From Bdellovibrionales bacterium (GTDB taxonomy: Bacteria > Bdellovibrionota > Bdellovibrionia > Bdellovibrionales > UBA1609): DNA of 64,000 nt. The position numbers were made by a program, and so were the translations under genes. The stretch lies in the NCBI GenBank assembly GCA_038144835.1, contig JAYQON010000002.1:21171-85170 (forward strand), in the 5' to 3' direction. This document shows, in pieces, positions 48,138 through 56,893 of the stretch (its first letter is position 1; each line of letters starts with the position of its first letter). The notes beneath the pieces were generated by a model. It did not search any database and had not been told where the DNA came from. It worked only from the letters and a program-made list of their open reading frames with translations.

Positions 48138-49265
48138 GTGGACGGATCTAAAATGGCAACGGAGGCCATTCAAAGAGCGACCGAACTTTTTGAGATAGGA
48201 AGGCTCAAGGGTGAGCTCGGCGATTTTAAGACCGCCATCGAGCAGCTTGAGGGAGCTTCCAGGCTTTACGCTCAAGAAAAAGAACACAAGCTCTTTATTA
48301 AGAGCCTGACTTTGTGTCTGCGCATGTATGCAGAGATGGAAGATCAAAGAGCCATCCAGTCGATCAAAGACCGACTCTACGACTATGTGACCCGTGAAAA
48401 TATCGATTTGAATTCAACGACGTATTACACTCTTGCCCTGGTGTCTTCCTACCGAGGTGAATTTGCGCAAGCGCTTGAATTTCTGGAAAAGGCTCTGGCT
48501 TTGGCTCTCGCCGAAGACAGTAAGGAAGATATGTGTTACGCCATTCACGGTCTTGCCGCTGTGTATTGGAGTCTCGGGCGTACAGAAGACTCTCTTAAGG
48601 AAATCTACAATCTGCGTGTGTTCTTTCAGGTTCTGAAACTGCAAGACTTAGAAGTGTCTTCGCAAATTCTTAATGGCTACATTCTCGTGAGTTTGAAGCG
48701 ATATGACGAGGCATTAGATATTTTTTGGAAGGCCTTTGAGGCTCTTAAAAATCAAAAAAATATGTACACCTATGTCAGCCTTCTATTTGCTATGGGTTAC
48801 GCTTATGCGGAGGCTGGTGAGGTTGATTTGGCTCGAACTTACATGCGTCTGGCCCAGCAAATGGCTGATCCACAAAATTTTGTTTTTCTCACCAGAAAAA
48901 TCAACGAGCTTGTACGTCGTATCTCCGGAAAAAATGAAGGTATTTTTGATCTTATCTTCAAATCCGCTTCGAACTCGGTTGTGGAACGCAAAAAAGGTAA
49001 AATCGACTTCAAAAATCAGTTTATTTTATTGGATATGCTTAAGCTTTTTCTGCGCAGTCCGGGAGAGGTTTATTCAAAGGAAGAACTGGTTAAAGCTGTA
49101 TGGAAGCAAGAGTATGATCCAGCGGTTCACGATAATAAAATATATGTGACAATCAAACGGCTGCGGCAATTAATTGAGCCCGATTTTGATAAACCCAAAT
49201 ACATTTATCGCGCCAAAAATGGCTATTATCTAAACAGAAACGCCAAGGTGTCGATTGAGCAATAA
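48138..49265 (+). CDS. TPR + C-terminal OmpR/PhoB-type winged-helix transcriptional regulator (no receiver domain)
   Basis: N-terminal TPR-like repeats (ALVSSYRGEFAQALEFLEKAL, GYAYAEAGEVDLARTYMRLA). C-terminal trans_reg_C pattern: VYSKEELVKAVWKQEYDPAVHDNKIYVTIKRLRQLIE...YIYRAKNGYYL. Confidence 0.7.
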   Translation: MDGSKMATEAIQRATELFEIGRLKGELGDFKTAIEQLEGASRLYAQEKEHKLFIKSLTLCLRMYAEMEDQRAIQSIKDRLYDYVTRENIDLNSTTYYTLALVSSYRGEFAQALEFLEKALALALAEDSKEDMCYAIHGLAAVYWSLGRTEDSLKEIYNLRVFFQVLKLQDLEVSSQILNGYILVSLKRYDEALDIFWKAFEALKNQKNMYTYVSLLFAMGYAYAEAGEVDLARTYMRLAQQMADPQNFVFLTRKINELVRRISGKNEGIFDLIFKSASNSVVERKKGKIDFKNQFILLDMLKLFLRSPGEVYSKEELVKAVWKQEYDPAVHDNKIYVTIKRLRQLIEPDFDKPKYIYRAKNGYYLNRNAKVSIEQ

Positions 49266-49284
49266 CCCCATGGGAGCGGAAAAA

Positions 49285-49797
49285 ATGAATCTGATGAAAG
49301 CAATCATCATCGTGGCGGCGCTGCTGTGCGGAGGGGCCCATGCTGAAGGCTCTCCGGATCGCTTTCAGCTTTATGGGCAGGGCTTACCTTTGCCATGGCC
49401 ATTTCCTTGGGCCAAGGATTGCCCTGTGAACTGGAAAAATATGGAAGGCCGTTATGGCCTTTCTGATAATCTTGAGCGGGAGGAAATCAACCTCGACATC
49501 ACTGTTGTTGAGCGCATGGGTTTTAAGGTCGTGCGGGTGGCTCGTTACCATCGCGATGGGCGACTTGTCGCCGATGGATTTACTTTTGTCGGTGACAGTC
49601 AACGAACCATACGTTTATTGCTGAAACCTAAAATTCGCAGCCAACGGGCCATTTGGGCTACCATTCAGTTACATTATCAGGGTTTTGAGTTGCTTTGCTC
49701 CGAGGACAATCTTGTTCCGATTTTAACCCTGGAGATTTCAGGCTCCTCTGGGCCTTCACAGACCCAGTATGTTTTACTTAAATTGACCCGCCACTAG
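49285..49797 (+). CDS. secreted hypothetical protein
   Basis: Signal peptide MNLMKAIIIVAALLCGGAHA-EG. Start taken at ATG 49285, shortly downstream of the regulator stop. Confidence 0.5.
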   Translation: MNLMKAIIIVAALLCGGAHAEGSPDRFQLYGQGLPLPWPFPWAKDCPVNWKNMEGRYGLSDNLEREEINLDITVVERMGFKVVRVARYHRDGRLVADGFTFVGDSQRTIRLLLKPKIRSQRAIWATIQLHYQGFELLCSEDNLVPILTLEISGSSGPSQTQYVLLKLTRH

Positions 49798-49860
49798 GGC
49801 TTGATTAAGTTAAAAAACAGTTGGCATTAAAGCTCGGCTGCTATATTTTGGCGCCTTCGT

Positions 49861-49936
49861 AGGGAATTAGCTCAGTTGGTAGAGCGCCACCCTTACAAGG
49901 TGGATGTCGTCGGTTCGAGCCCGGCATTCCCTACCA
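49861..49936 (+). tRNA. tRNA-Val (anticodon UAC), CCA encoded
   Basis: Folded by hand as a 76-nt cloverleaf: acceptor AGGGAAT/ATTCCCT, D arm GCTC-AGTTGGTA-GAGC, anticodon arm CCACC-CTTACAA-GGTGG, T arm GTCGG-TTCGAGC-CCGGC, discriminator A, then CCA. Confidence 0.9.
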
Positions 49937-49983
49937 TTTCTTTCTCACCCATTAAGTGGTTCTTCGGTTCTCAAATTTTCAGC

Positions 49984-51942
49984 CTATTTTATTTGTCGGT
50001 TGGCTTTTTGTCTTCGAACCAATGCTAAGTTCGTGCGTGCTAGCTCGAGGTTGGGGTCGGCGTTAATTGCATCCACAAAATGCCTCTCGGCGGCGGCTAA
50101 GTTACCACGAGTTAAAGCCAAGACTCCCAGTCCATTATGGGCCATGGCAAAACTAGGAGCAATACGTAGAGTGGTTTCGTAATCTCGCTGAGCTTCGTCA
50201 TTGCGTTTGAGCTTCAATAGGCAGAGGGCTCGGTTGTGATAGGCGTAAGCATATGCCGGAAGTGATGAGAGGGCTTGGTTTTGCCAAGATAGACATTTAC
50301 TAAATTCCCCTTTGCGATAAGCCAACACCCCCAGGTTGGTGAGAGCCTCGGCACGCACCAGCTCGGTTAAGAGTTTTGGGCTCGCAGCGAGTGATCGCCG
50401 AAAGTATAGCTCTGCATTTTTAAAATCGCCTTGGTCCAGATACCAATTGCCGCGCAAATTGATAATTTTGGGGTCACCTGGGGCTTTTTCTTCAGCCATG
50501 GTTAAGGGTTTGTCGGCTTCCATTTTGCGGCCAAGGCGCAAAAGGGCAAAGGCTTGGTTTTGTGCATTGTCTGCAGTATCGGTCAAGCCCAGACGCAAAT
50601 GTTCTAGAGCCTTGTCTGGCCGTTCTAGTCCTATAAAGTAGCGCCCCAAATTTTCATGGGCGTGCCGCGATCCCGGCTCTGCGCGCAGAAGGCTCTCCCA
50701 CATAGTGAGTGAGCTTTCCCAATCGGCTAGGCGCAGCCAACTGCCAGAGGCCCAAAAGCTGAGCATCAACAGCCACAGAAGCCGAAGAATCCAACGCCAT
50801 GACCCTTGTGTAGCCAGTAGCCGCGCCCAGGGCCAGAGAAGGCCACTTTGCGAGACATAGAGATATCGATCGGCCACGGGAGTGTGATCCCCAAAAGGAA
50901 TAATCTTTAGCATCGGAATTATGGTCACAGCAAAAAAGGTAAGGCCTAAAAATAAATCTCTACGAAAAATGGCTGAGCGCCATGCTTGTCCAACTGAGGC
51001 AAATATAGCGAAAACGACGATGACTAGAGCTGTGCTGTTGGGGCGGAGATCTTCAGTTGAGTACAACAACTTAAGATTCACTGGCCAAATAGTTTTATTG
51101 AAATAAAAAAGCAATTGCCCAGGTGTTCGCTCCAGTCTTTGAATAAGACTCAAAACTTCGCTCTGTCTTACCTCATCTTGGGCCAAAACTGCCGCTATTG
51201 CTGCGATCAGCGAGAGTGTCACTAAACTAAAAATATAAGTACGATTTTGTTTTATCCATATTTTGAGATCCGCTACAGAATCTCTCCTGGTATACTCTAC
51301 GCCTAAGACGACGATAGGCAGCATTAAAGCAAATGGTTTGGCTAACAGGCTTAAACTCGCCAAAATGAGTGTTATTGATTTGCGTTCGCGCAAGTGCGCG
51401 TAAAGCGCCCACCAAAAAAAAGCAACACTCACTACATCTTTTCGCTCAGAAATCCACGCAAAGGACTCTACATGGGTGGGGTGCCAAGCAAAGGCTGCAG
51501 CCAGCACGCCAGCAACCCATACCGATTGTGAGAGCTGTTGGCTCAAAAGAAAAATGCCCGCTACACCGAATAGATGAAAAAGGAGATTGCTTAAATGAAA
51601 AATCCAGGGGTTTAGACCAGCGATGCGAGCATCGACCCAATAAGTAAAATTAGTTAATGGATGATAAAGTCCGGCCACTGGAGCAAAAAGAGTCTGCCAG
51701 CTCAGTGGCTTTAGTAACGATGCATTGGACTGCACAAGATAGGGATCATCAAGATTTACAAAACCGTACTGGACAACCTCAGCAAACAAACCCGCCGTGA
51801 TCGCTAAAACGACACAGAGAACTAAGAAATTTCGCTGAGAATTAAAAAGTACTATGCTCCCCATGAAATAAAAGCTTAGCACTCTGGTCAGCGAGTGAGA
51901 ATCTGTTTTCCTACAACTGTCAGCACTTGAAAAATGGGCCAA
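49984..51942 (-). CDS. polytopic membrane protein with C-terminal TPR array (GT-C / TMTC-like protein O-glycosyltransferase architecture)
   Basis: 652 aa. About 10 predicted TM segments. An early-loop FVNLDDPYLV acidic motif typical of GT-C enzymes. The C-terminal ~230 aa has TPR repeats (NLGVLAYRKGEFSKCLSWQNQAL, YHNRALCLLKLKRNDEAQRDYETTL). Confidence 0.6.
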   Translation of the reverse strand: MAHFSSADSCRKTDSHSLTRVLSFYFMGSIVLFNSQRNFLVLCVVLAITAGLFAEVVQYGFVNLDDPYLVQSNASLLKPLSWQTLFAPVAGLYHPLTNFTYWVDARIAGLNPWIFHLSNLLFHLFGVAGIFLLSQQLSQSVWVAGVLAAAFAWHPTHVESFAWISERKDVVSVAFFWWALYAHLRERKSITLILASLSLLAKPFALMLPIVVLGVEYTRRDSVADLKIWIKQNRTYIFSLVTLSLIAAIAAVLAQDEVRQSEVLSLIQRLERTPGQLLFYFNKTIWPVNLKLLYSTEDLRPNSTALVIVVFAIFASVGQAWRSAIFRRDLFLGLTFFAVTIIPMLKIIPFGDHTPVADRYLYVSQSGLLWPWARLLATQGSWRWILRLLWLLMLSFWASGSWLRLADWESSLTMWESLLRAEPGSRHAHENLGRYFIGLERPDKALEHLRLGLTDTADNAQNQAFALLRLGRKMEADKPLTMAEEKAPGDPKIINLRGNWYLDQGDFKNAELYFRRSLAASPKLLTELVRAEALTNLGVLAYRKGEFSKCLSWQNQALSSLPAYAYAYHNRALCLLKLKRNDEAQRDYETTLRIAPSFAMAHNGLGVLALTRGNLAAAERHFVDAINADPNLELARTNLALVRRQKANRQIK

Positions 51943-52029
51943 ATGCGTATGGTCTTTTTTTGCTCGGAGTTTTTATAAAGTTTGCCCGAATGTGGTACAG
52001 CCCGAATGGCAGTGATAGTAAAAAGTTAA

Positions 52030-52305
52030 CTAACCGTTTCTGCGTCGTGAGATACGCCTTTGGCAAGCCTTTGCGGATTTTTCGTCAATCACGATGTCAC
52101 CAATTCTGCCAGTTTCCATCAGTGGCTGTAGACACTGAGCAAAAAACTGCGCTCGCTCTTCAGGGGTGTTGCCTCTGACTAATCCGGCCTGTTCACAAGC
52201 CTGAATAATTTTAAGGCAGGGACGATCTTTGGATGAATCTAGAGACATATACACAAGGCCCATCAAAGCTCCGGTGATCATCGTGATAATGGCGGCTTTA
52301 TACAT
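52030..52305 (-). CDS. small exported Cys-containing protein
   Basis: 91 aa with an N-terminal hydrophobic segment and four Cys residues. No family recognised. Confidence 0.4.
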   Translation of the reverse strand: MYKAAIITMITGALMGLVYMSLDSSKDRPCLKIIQACEQAGLVRGNTPEERAQFFAQCLQPLMETGRIGDIVIDEKSAKACQRRISRRRNG

Positions 52306-52314
52306 AGGTAAACC

Positions 52315-52824
52315 TCACTGAAGGCGTGAATATCGGTCAAAACTTTTTTCGCCACTCATCCGCAGTTGCAGCTGATCTCCGGAAACTCTGAAGTCGAATA
52401 TTTTATTATCGAGGGTCAGGTGGCAGGACTCAAGGGGCGATGACTGTGGAGCGGAGAGTTGTAGTGAATGATCAAGGACGATTTGTTGTGGCCCCAACCA
52501 TGCATCCACGGTTGCCGAAATCGTAACGCTGCTTTTATTTCCCATGCACGTTAGTGAAACTCCCATTTCATTTTTTGAATTGAAATAAACGGATATAAAG
52601 CGAGCCACTCCACCCTTGTCAAATTTCGCTTCATCCGCCGACCATCCACCAAATAGAGTGTTTGGCACATTTGGAAAATCAGATGGTTGGAAAGTTTTTT
52701 TGCCAGGATCGCTTTTAACGCGATCCTCAATCTGCGAATCCCCACTCGCAGCCTTTCTATGATCACAAGAGACTTGAAGACTAACCGAGGCTATAAATAA
52801 AATGGCGTAAATTGCTTGGATCAT
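52315..52824 (-). CDS. exported hypothetical protein (possible lipoprotein)
   Basis: 169 aa. Signal MIQAIYAILFIASVSLQVSC. Confidence 0.5.
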   Translation of the reverse strand: MIQAIYAILFIASVSLQVSCDHRKAASGDSQIEDRVKSDPGKKTFQPSDFPNVPNTLFGGWSADEAKFDKGGVARFISVYFNSKNEMGVSLTCMGNKSSVTISATVDAWLGPQQIVLDHSLQLSAPQSSPLESCHLTLDNKIFDFRVSGDQLQLRMSGEKSFDRYSRLQ

Positions 52825-52919
52825 GACGTTTACTCCGTGACAGAGGATTACGTATATTCCATCAAAGATTGGCGTTTCTAGTCACGACGCACTCCGATCC
52901 CTAGTTTTTGCTTAAGCTT

Positions 52920-53291
52920 TTATTTGTCTGCGCACTGACTATCGACTAAATTTTTTGCGCCTGAAAGACGGTACCAAAGACTTTCCGATAGGCCAATTAG
53001 GACTAAAAGGGCGGGCAGGGTAAACATGCCTAAAAAAATCCAGAATAGAATTTCCATTTTTGCATTGAAGTCATGATTCCATATGAGAAAGCCGGTCACC
53101 AAAACACCGAAAAAAGAAAAAGTGAGAACCTGAATGAAAATAAAGCCCACGATTATGGCAATCATGGTCAGGCGCGTAGCTTGCAGGACTCGCAGATAAG
53201 CCAGTATACTGCGTCTCTTGACCTCTCTTGCGACACGTTTCTTAAGGTGGAGTCGCAGAAAAAATACGAGAGTTTGAAAAAGCGTATTCAA
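52920..53291 (-). CDS. YqjE-like (phage-holin-family/DUF1469-like) two-TM membrane protein
   Basis: Amphipathic basic N-terminus followed by two TM segments (MIAIIVGFIFIQVLTFSFFGVLV, ILFWIFLGMFTLPALLVLIGL). I place the start at TTG 53291-53289, overlapping the upstream stop as TTGA. The track start at 53372 would overlap the upstream gene by 85 nt. Confidence 0.5.
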   Translation of the reverse strand: MNTLFQTLVFFLRLHLKKRVAREVKRRSILAYLRVLQATRLTMIAIIVGFIFIQVLTFSFFGVLVTGFLIWNHDFNAKMEILFWIFLGMFTLPALLVLIGLSESLWYRLSGAKNLVDSQCADK

Positions 53292-53536
53292 TCGCGTTCC
53301 CTTGATCCTCTGAATCCGAATAAGAAGCCAAAGATAAAGAAGATCAAACCGACGATGCCTAGCGCCGCCCATGGATTTTCTTTCACTTTTTCTTCTAGAT
53401 TGATCTTAGTTTTTTGAGCTTTTTCTTCGACCTTCGAACGAATTTCCTCAATTTGCGGTGATAAATCCTTGATAAGCTCCTGGAAGCGCTCAAGTTCCTC
53501 AATGGCTTGGGATAGATTTTTGGGTTTGTCGCTCAT
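53288..53536 (-). CDS. YqjD/ElaB-like (DUF883) tail-anchored protein
   Basis: 82 aa. Coiled-coil N-terminus, then ENPWAALGIVGLIFFIFGFLFG as a C-terminal TM anchor, typical of ElaB/YqjD. Confidence 0.65.
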   Translation of the reverse strand: MSDKPKNLSQAIEELERFQELIKDLSPQIEEIRSKVEEKAQKTKINLEEKVKENPWAALGIVGLIFFIFGFLFGFRGSRERD

Positions 53537-53604
53537 GGTATTTCTCCTGGGATCATGTCTTCTTTTCGGTTGCGCGGGCTCGTATCCTTAGGTAACCCAC
53601 ACTC

Positions 53605-54252
53605 ATGGACTTAAATTGGCTACTTCAACAACCGGAAAAAGCTCGCGATCAGGCATGGGAAGAATCTGTTTTGAGACTTCTTTGTGAGACTAAAGTCCAG
53701 CTACAATCTGAGACTCCTCAAGAGGGACCTGATGGCTGGCCTTATCTTTTTGTTCGTACCGGAACTGAGGGTGCCGAGCCATTCGTACACGTTGTCCAGT
53801 GGCTCGCGCGCCGAGGTATTGGCCTGGTTGTGAATCCGCACAAAATGCTACCCGATTACATTTTCAGTTATGGAATGCTCTGGAATTTTGTAGAAACTGG
53901 CCGATTTATTTCACCCAGCGAAGGCTTTATCGCTGCGAAAAATGATTCTCCCGAGAGCTCACGATTCAATTGGGTCATGGGCGCTCCGACCGAAAAATAT
54001 CTGCCGTCTTATGTGCGGGAAATTTTAAAAAGCTTTTTGGCTCAGCAAGGCTATGCCAATCCGAAAATATTGGTAGCTAGTCAGGCGCCTGAGCACAAAT
54101 TGACAGATTTGATTTTTTCAATTGAGGCCCTCAACCATCTGCAAACCAAGGATCAAAAAGTGATGGCCGAAGCTGTGGGGTGGTTCTTGCCCCTGCACTA
54201 TAATCTGGTGTTCGCTTCTGAAAAAGGACTGCCAGAGTTTGTGGATTTGTAA
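53605..54252 (+). CDS. hypothetical cytoplasmic protein
   Basis: Clean 215-aa ORF with no motif recognised. Confidence 0.5.
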   Translation: MDLNWLLQQPEKARDQAWEESVLRLLCETKVQLQSETPQEGPDGWPYLFVRTGTEGAEPFVHVVQWLARRGIGLVVNPHKMLPDYIFSYGMLWNFVETGRFISPSEGFIAAKNDSPESSRFNWVMGAPTEKYLPSYVREILKSFLAQQGYANPKILVASQAPEHKLTDLIFSIEALNHLQTKDQKVMAEAVGWFLPLHYNLVFASEKGLPEFVDL

Positions 54253-54269
54253 AGCTTTCGATTTATCCT

Positions 54270-54677
54270 CTAGATTTTGTTTGAGTTGTCATCGTCTTTG
54301 ATTTCACCCGGCTCCGGCAAGAGATCGACCAAGCAACCTCGCCAGTACTCTGGAACTTCCGGTGAAAAAACCACTGCAAGTTCAAAGAGGCCTTTGCCAA
54401 TATGGTCAGCTCGCGTCACTGTTCCGTCGAGATCCAAATTCATTTGTGGCAAATACATCACTACTTGGTGGCCGACCAAACTTTCTAGGGTCAAATTTTC
54501 GCGAAACTCTTTTGGCACTAGCTGGGTGCGATCAATGCGCATTCGAAAGCCCGATGGGGATGCATCTACTATGACGGCCTCGCGAGCGACCACTGCATAA
54601 TTCGAGAGTGAGGTAAGCTCAGACACGTGAATAAAATCGACCACCTTACGAGCCTGGAGCCTTCTTTCTGCCTTCAT
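54270..54677 (-). CDS. PilZ-domain (c-di-GMP-binding) protein
   Basis: RLQAR (RxxxR) at residues 6-10 and DASPSG (DxSxxG) about 28 residues later. 135 aa. Confidence 0.7.
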   Translation of the reverse strand: MKAERRLQARKVVDFIHVSELTSLSNYAVVAREAVIVDASPSGFRMRIDRTQLVPKEFRENLTLESLVGHQVVMYLPQMNLDLDGTVTRADHIGKGLFELAVVFSPEVPEYWRGCLVDLLPEPGEIKDDDNSNKI

Positions 54678-54806
54678 AGATTCAACATCCTTTGCTTCGA
54701 TTCTCTTACCTCTTTCCTATCGGAGAGTCTGGACCAAAGGTTAAGGAGATTAGCGAAACTGGACGCTGGTACGGTGTTTTAAAATGAGACTTTTTCTCGG
54801 CTGAAG

Positions 54807-56273
54807 TTAGGCCACTACTTTGTAAACCGTGGCCCGACTCGCACCCATGCGTTGAAGGCGTTTATGCTCCAAAGCCCAAGAGGCCAGGCGCTTAAATGAG
54901 GATGAGGATATACCCAGCTTGGCTTGGACTTCTCGAGAAGAAAAGGTGGTATTAGGACCAAATAGGCTATGAATTTTGCGCAAACAGATTTCTTGTTCAT
55001 CAAGTCTGATTTTTTGTTCTGGTAAAACAAAGGCAAAAGCTCCGTGAACCTTGAGCCGGTATTGGCCTTCATTTTCTACTACTTCAACGGGAATTTGATT
55101 GGTCTCAAACCAACGTCGAAGTCGCCAAAGCAACTGGTGAATTCGGTTGGGCGTAGTCGAGGCATCAAATTTTTCCTCCGAGAAGAGCTCGGCAAAAATG
55201 GAACCTATGCTCCAAGGCCGATAAAGGTCGCCCAGTAGTACGGCAATGAGTCTATGAACGGTGTTTCCTGGAGAGGTCTTAATTTGCATGCCATGTATCT
55301 CGCCAGTAGAGACATCCATGTAGGCTCCTTGCGGGTTGCCAAAGACAAATCGGGTGTTGTCTCTCTGTTTGCGACCTATTATCTGAGTCACGTGTTCTCG
55401 GTAGGTTGCGAATGGAGTACCCATCAATAAATGATCGAAGCTATTTTGATCAAACTGAATTCGATTGCTGAAAAAATCTATATCGCGAAGATGCTCAAAT
55501 TCTTGGGCAAATTCAGCTTGCGAGCGAAAGTGATTCAAGGGCTCAAGGGTTTGCGTTTTTAGTGCATCGATCACAGCGTACCACTTGCGAATCTTTAAAG
55601 CCTCTCCACTTTCGGTTAGGATGTGTGCAGCTTTTTCTAAGTTAGTCAGAGCTAGGTCCAATTCATTTTTATGAATGTAGATTTGAGCACGAAGCTCATG
55701 ACCATTCGCCCAGAGCTGCTTATGGCCTTCAATCTCCGCGGCTTTAATAACTTCAGTTAAAATTTGCTCAGCATCTATCCATGCACCCAGGGCCACATGA
55801 GCGGCGGCGAGATTTATTTGTCCGACCCGTCGTGAATAAGCGGAATCTGCTTGTTCGATATAGGTTTTTAGAAGAGGTATGGCTTGCGCGTGTTCAAAGC
55901 GGGTCATATGGCCAAAGGCCTTAAATAATTTGGCCGAAGGCAGGTCTTGAATGTCTGCGAGTATATTCAAAGCCTCGTGGGTTGCGCCCACCTTAATTAG
56001 GCTTGCCGCATACTCCGCCTGTTCTTCTCGAGAAGCAGGTTCTTGAGCGTCGAGTTGCATGGCTGGCCATAGTAATTTCAAAGCTTGATAATCCATGCGG
56101 GCTCGACGGTAGAGGTTGGCAAATTTCAGACGCCACTCTTTGGGGATTTGGTCGCTATTCACGGTTCTCAACTTAGCAGCAGCATTAGAAATGCGCCCAG
56201 CACGCAGGTCAGATTCACAGGCCTGAATCAGCTCAGTCATCGCAAGAGCTCTCCTTGTGGGGTTAGGATGCAC
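54807..56273 (-). CDS. TPR + winged-helix regulator, paralogous in architecture to 48138-49265
   Basis: N-terminal TPR-like repeats. A trans_reg_C-like segment (WSIGSIFAELFSEEKFDASTTPNRIHQLLWRLRRWFE...NEGQYRLK). An extra C-terminal HTH-like tail (FSSREVQAKLGISSSSFKRLASW). Confidence 0.6.
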   Translation of the reverse strand: MHPNPTRRALAMTELIQACESDLRAGRISNAAAKLRTVNSDQIPKEWRLKFANLYRRARMDYQALKLLWPAMQLDAQEPASREEQAEYAASLIKVGATHEALNILADIQDLPSAKLFKAFGHMTRFEHAQAIPLLKTYIEQADSAYSRRVGQINLAAAHVALGAWIDAEQILTEVIKAAEIEGHKQLWANGHELRAQIYIHKNELDLALTNLEKAAHILTESGEALKIRKWYAVIDALKTQTLEPLNHFRSQAEFAQEFEHLRDIDFFSNRIQFDQNSFDHLLMGTPFATYREHVTQIIGRKQRDNTRFVFGNPQGAYMDVSTGEIHGMQIKTSPGNTVHRLIAVLLGDLYRPWSIGSIFAELFSEEKFDASTTPNRIHQLLWRLRRWFETNQIPVEVVENEGQYRLKVHGAFAFVLPEQKIRLDEQEICLRKIHSLFGPNTTFSSREVQAKLGISSSSFKRLASWALEHKRLQRMGASRATVYKVVA

Positions 56274-56344
56274 TTTCTTGATTGTAACCTAAGAAATTAT
56301 CGCAATAGAACGTTATGCTTCGATACGTCTCAACATGAGACAAA

Positions 56345-56893
56345 TTATTTTATTAAACAAACTGAATATAAATAAAGACGAGTTTTATATATGATACCGG
56401 TCGCAGTGGTGGGTTGAAGCCCTCTGAAAGAATAGAGTCCATGGCGCAGGTCGCGCCAGTGGCCAACGCGAACCTCGGATAACACCTGGGGTTGCGTATG
56501 TTCCAAAGCTTTAAAAAAGCTTTCCTTGGCACTCCAAAGGAGAAAGCCCTGCGGGCATTCTTCCAACTCAGAACGGCTGGCTATGCGCTGAACGACTGAA
56601 AGACTAATTCTCTTTAAGCTTTCGATGTCAAATCCAACTCTGGTCGGTCGACAGACTGAAGCCCAACCTCCCATACCCAAAGTGTGAGATAGGCTTAATG
56701 AGTAAGTTTTTGGTCTTGGAATTTTATTGAGATCCTCAATGTTCTCAGAGAGGTCAAGGGCTCTATTCGCTGCGGCTCTTAGTCGCCGTCGGTGACCTGG
56801 CTGTCTGGCGCTCCAGTTGACGCTGGTGTGTAACTGTAAACTAGGGTCAATTTGATGGCAGGTTGAAATCAGCCGTTGAAGATTTTTGGCCAT
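56345..56893 (-). CDS. 4'-phosphopantetheinyl transferase family protein
   Basis: GFDIESL and LWSAKESFFKAL motifs. Start taken at ATG 56893 (MAKNLQ), overlapping the nadA 3' end by 25 nt. The track start at 57043 is implausible. Confidence 0.6.
   Translation of the reverse strand: MAKNLQRLISTCHQIDPSLQLHTSVNWSARQPGHRRRLRAAANRALDLSENIEDLNKIPRPKTYSLSLSHTLGMGGWASVCRPTRVGFDIESLKRISLSVVQRIASRSELEECPQGFLLWSAKESFFKALEHTQPQVLSEVRVGHWRDLRHGLYSFRGLQPTTATGIIYKTRLYLYSVCLIK

Noticed and set aside
48736-49149. 137-aa same-strand alternative-frame ORF inside the TPR-wHTH regulator gene.
   Set aside because: The main frame carries clear TPR and Trans_reg_C features across this region. The alternative frame has no motif and no independent SD.
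49861-49983. tRNA-Val as a genomic-island integration site.
   Set aside because: No integrase, no direct repeat of the tRNA 3' end, and no obviously foreign genes were seen on either side.
49904-50182. 92-aa plus-strand ORF starting inside the tRNA-Val 3' half.
   Set aside because: It overlaps a well-folded tRNA and is antisense to the C-terminal TPR region of the 652-aa gene, so it is spurious.
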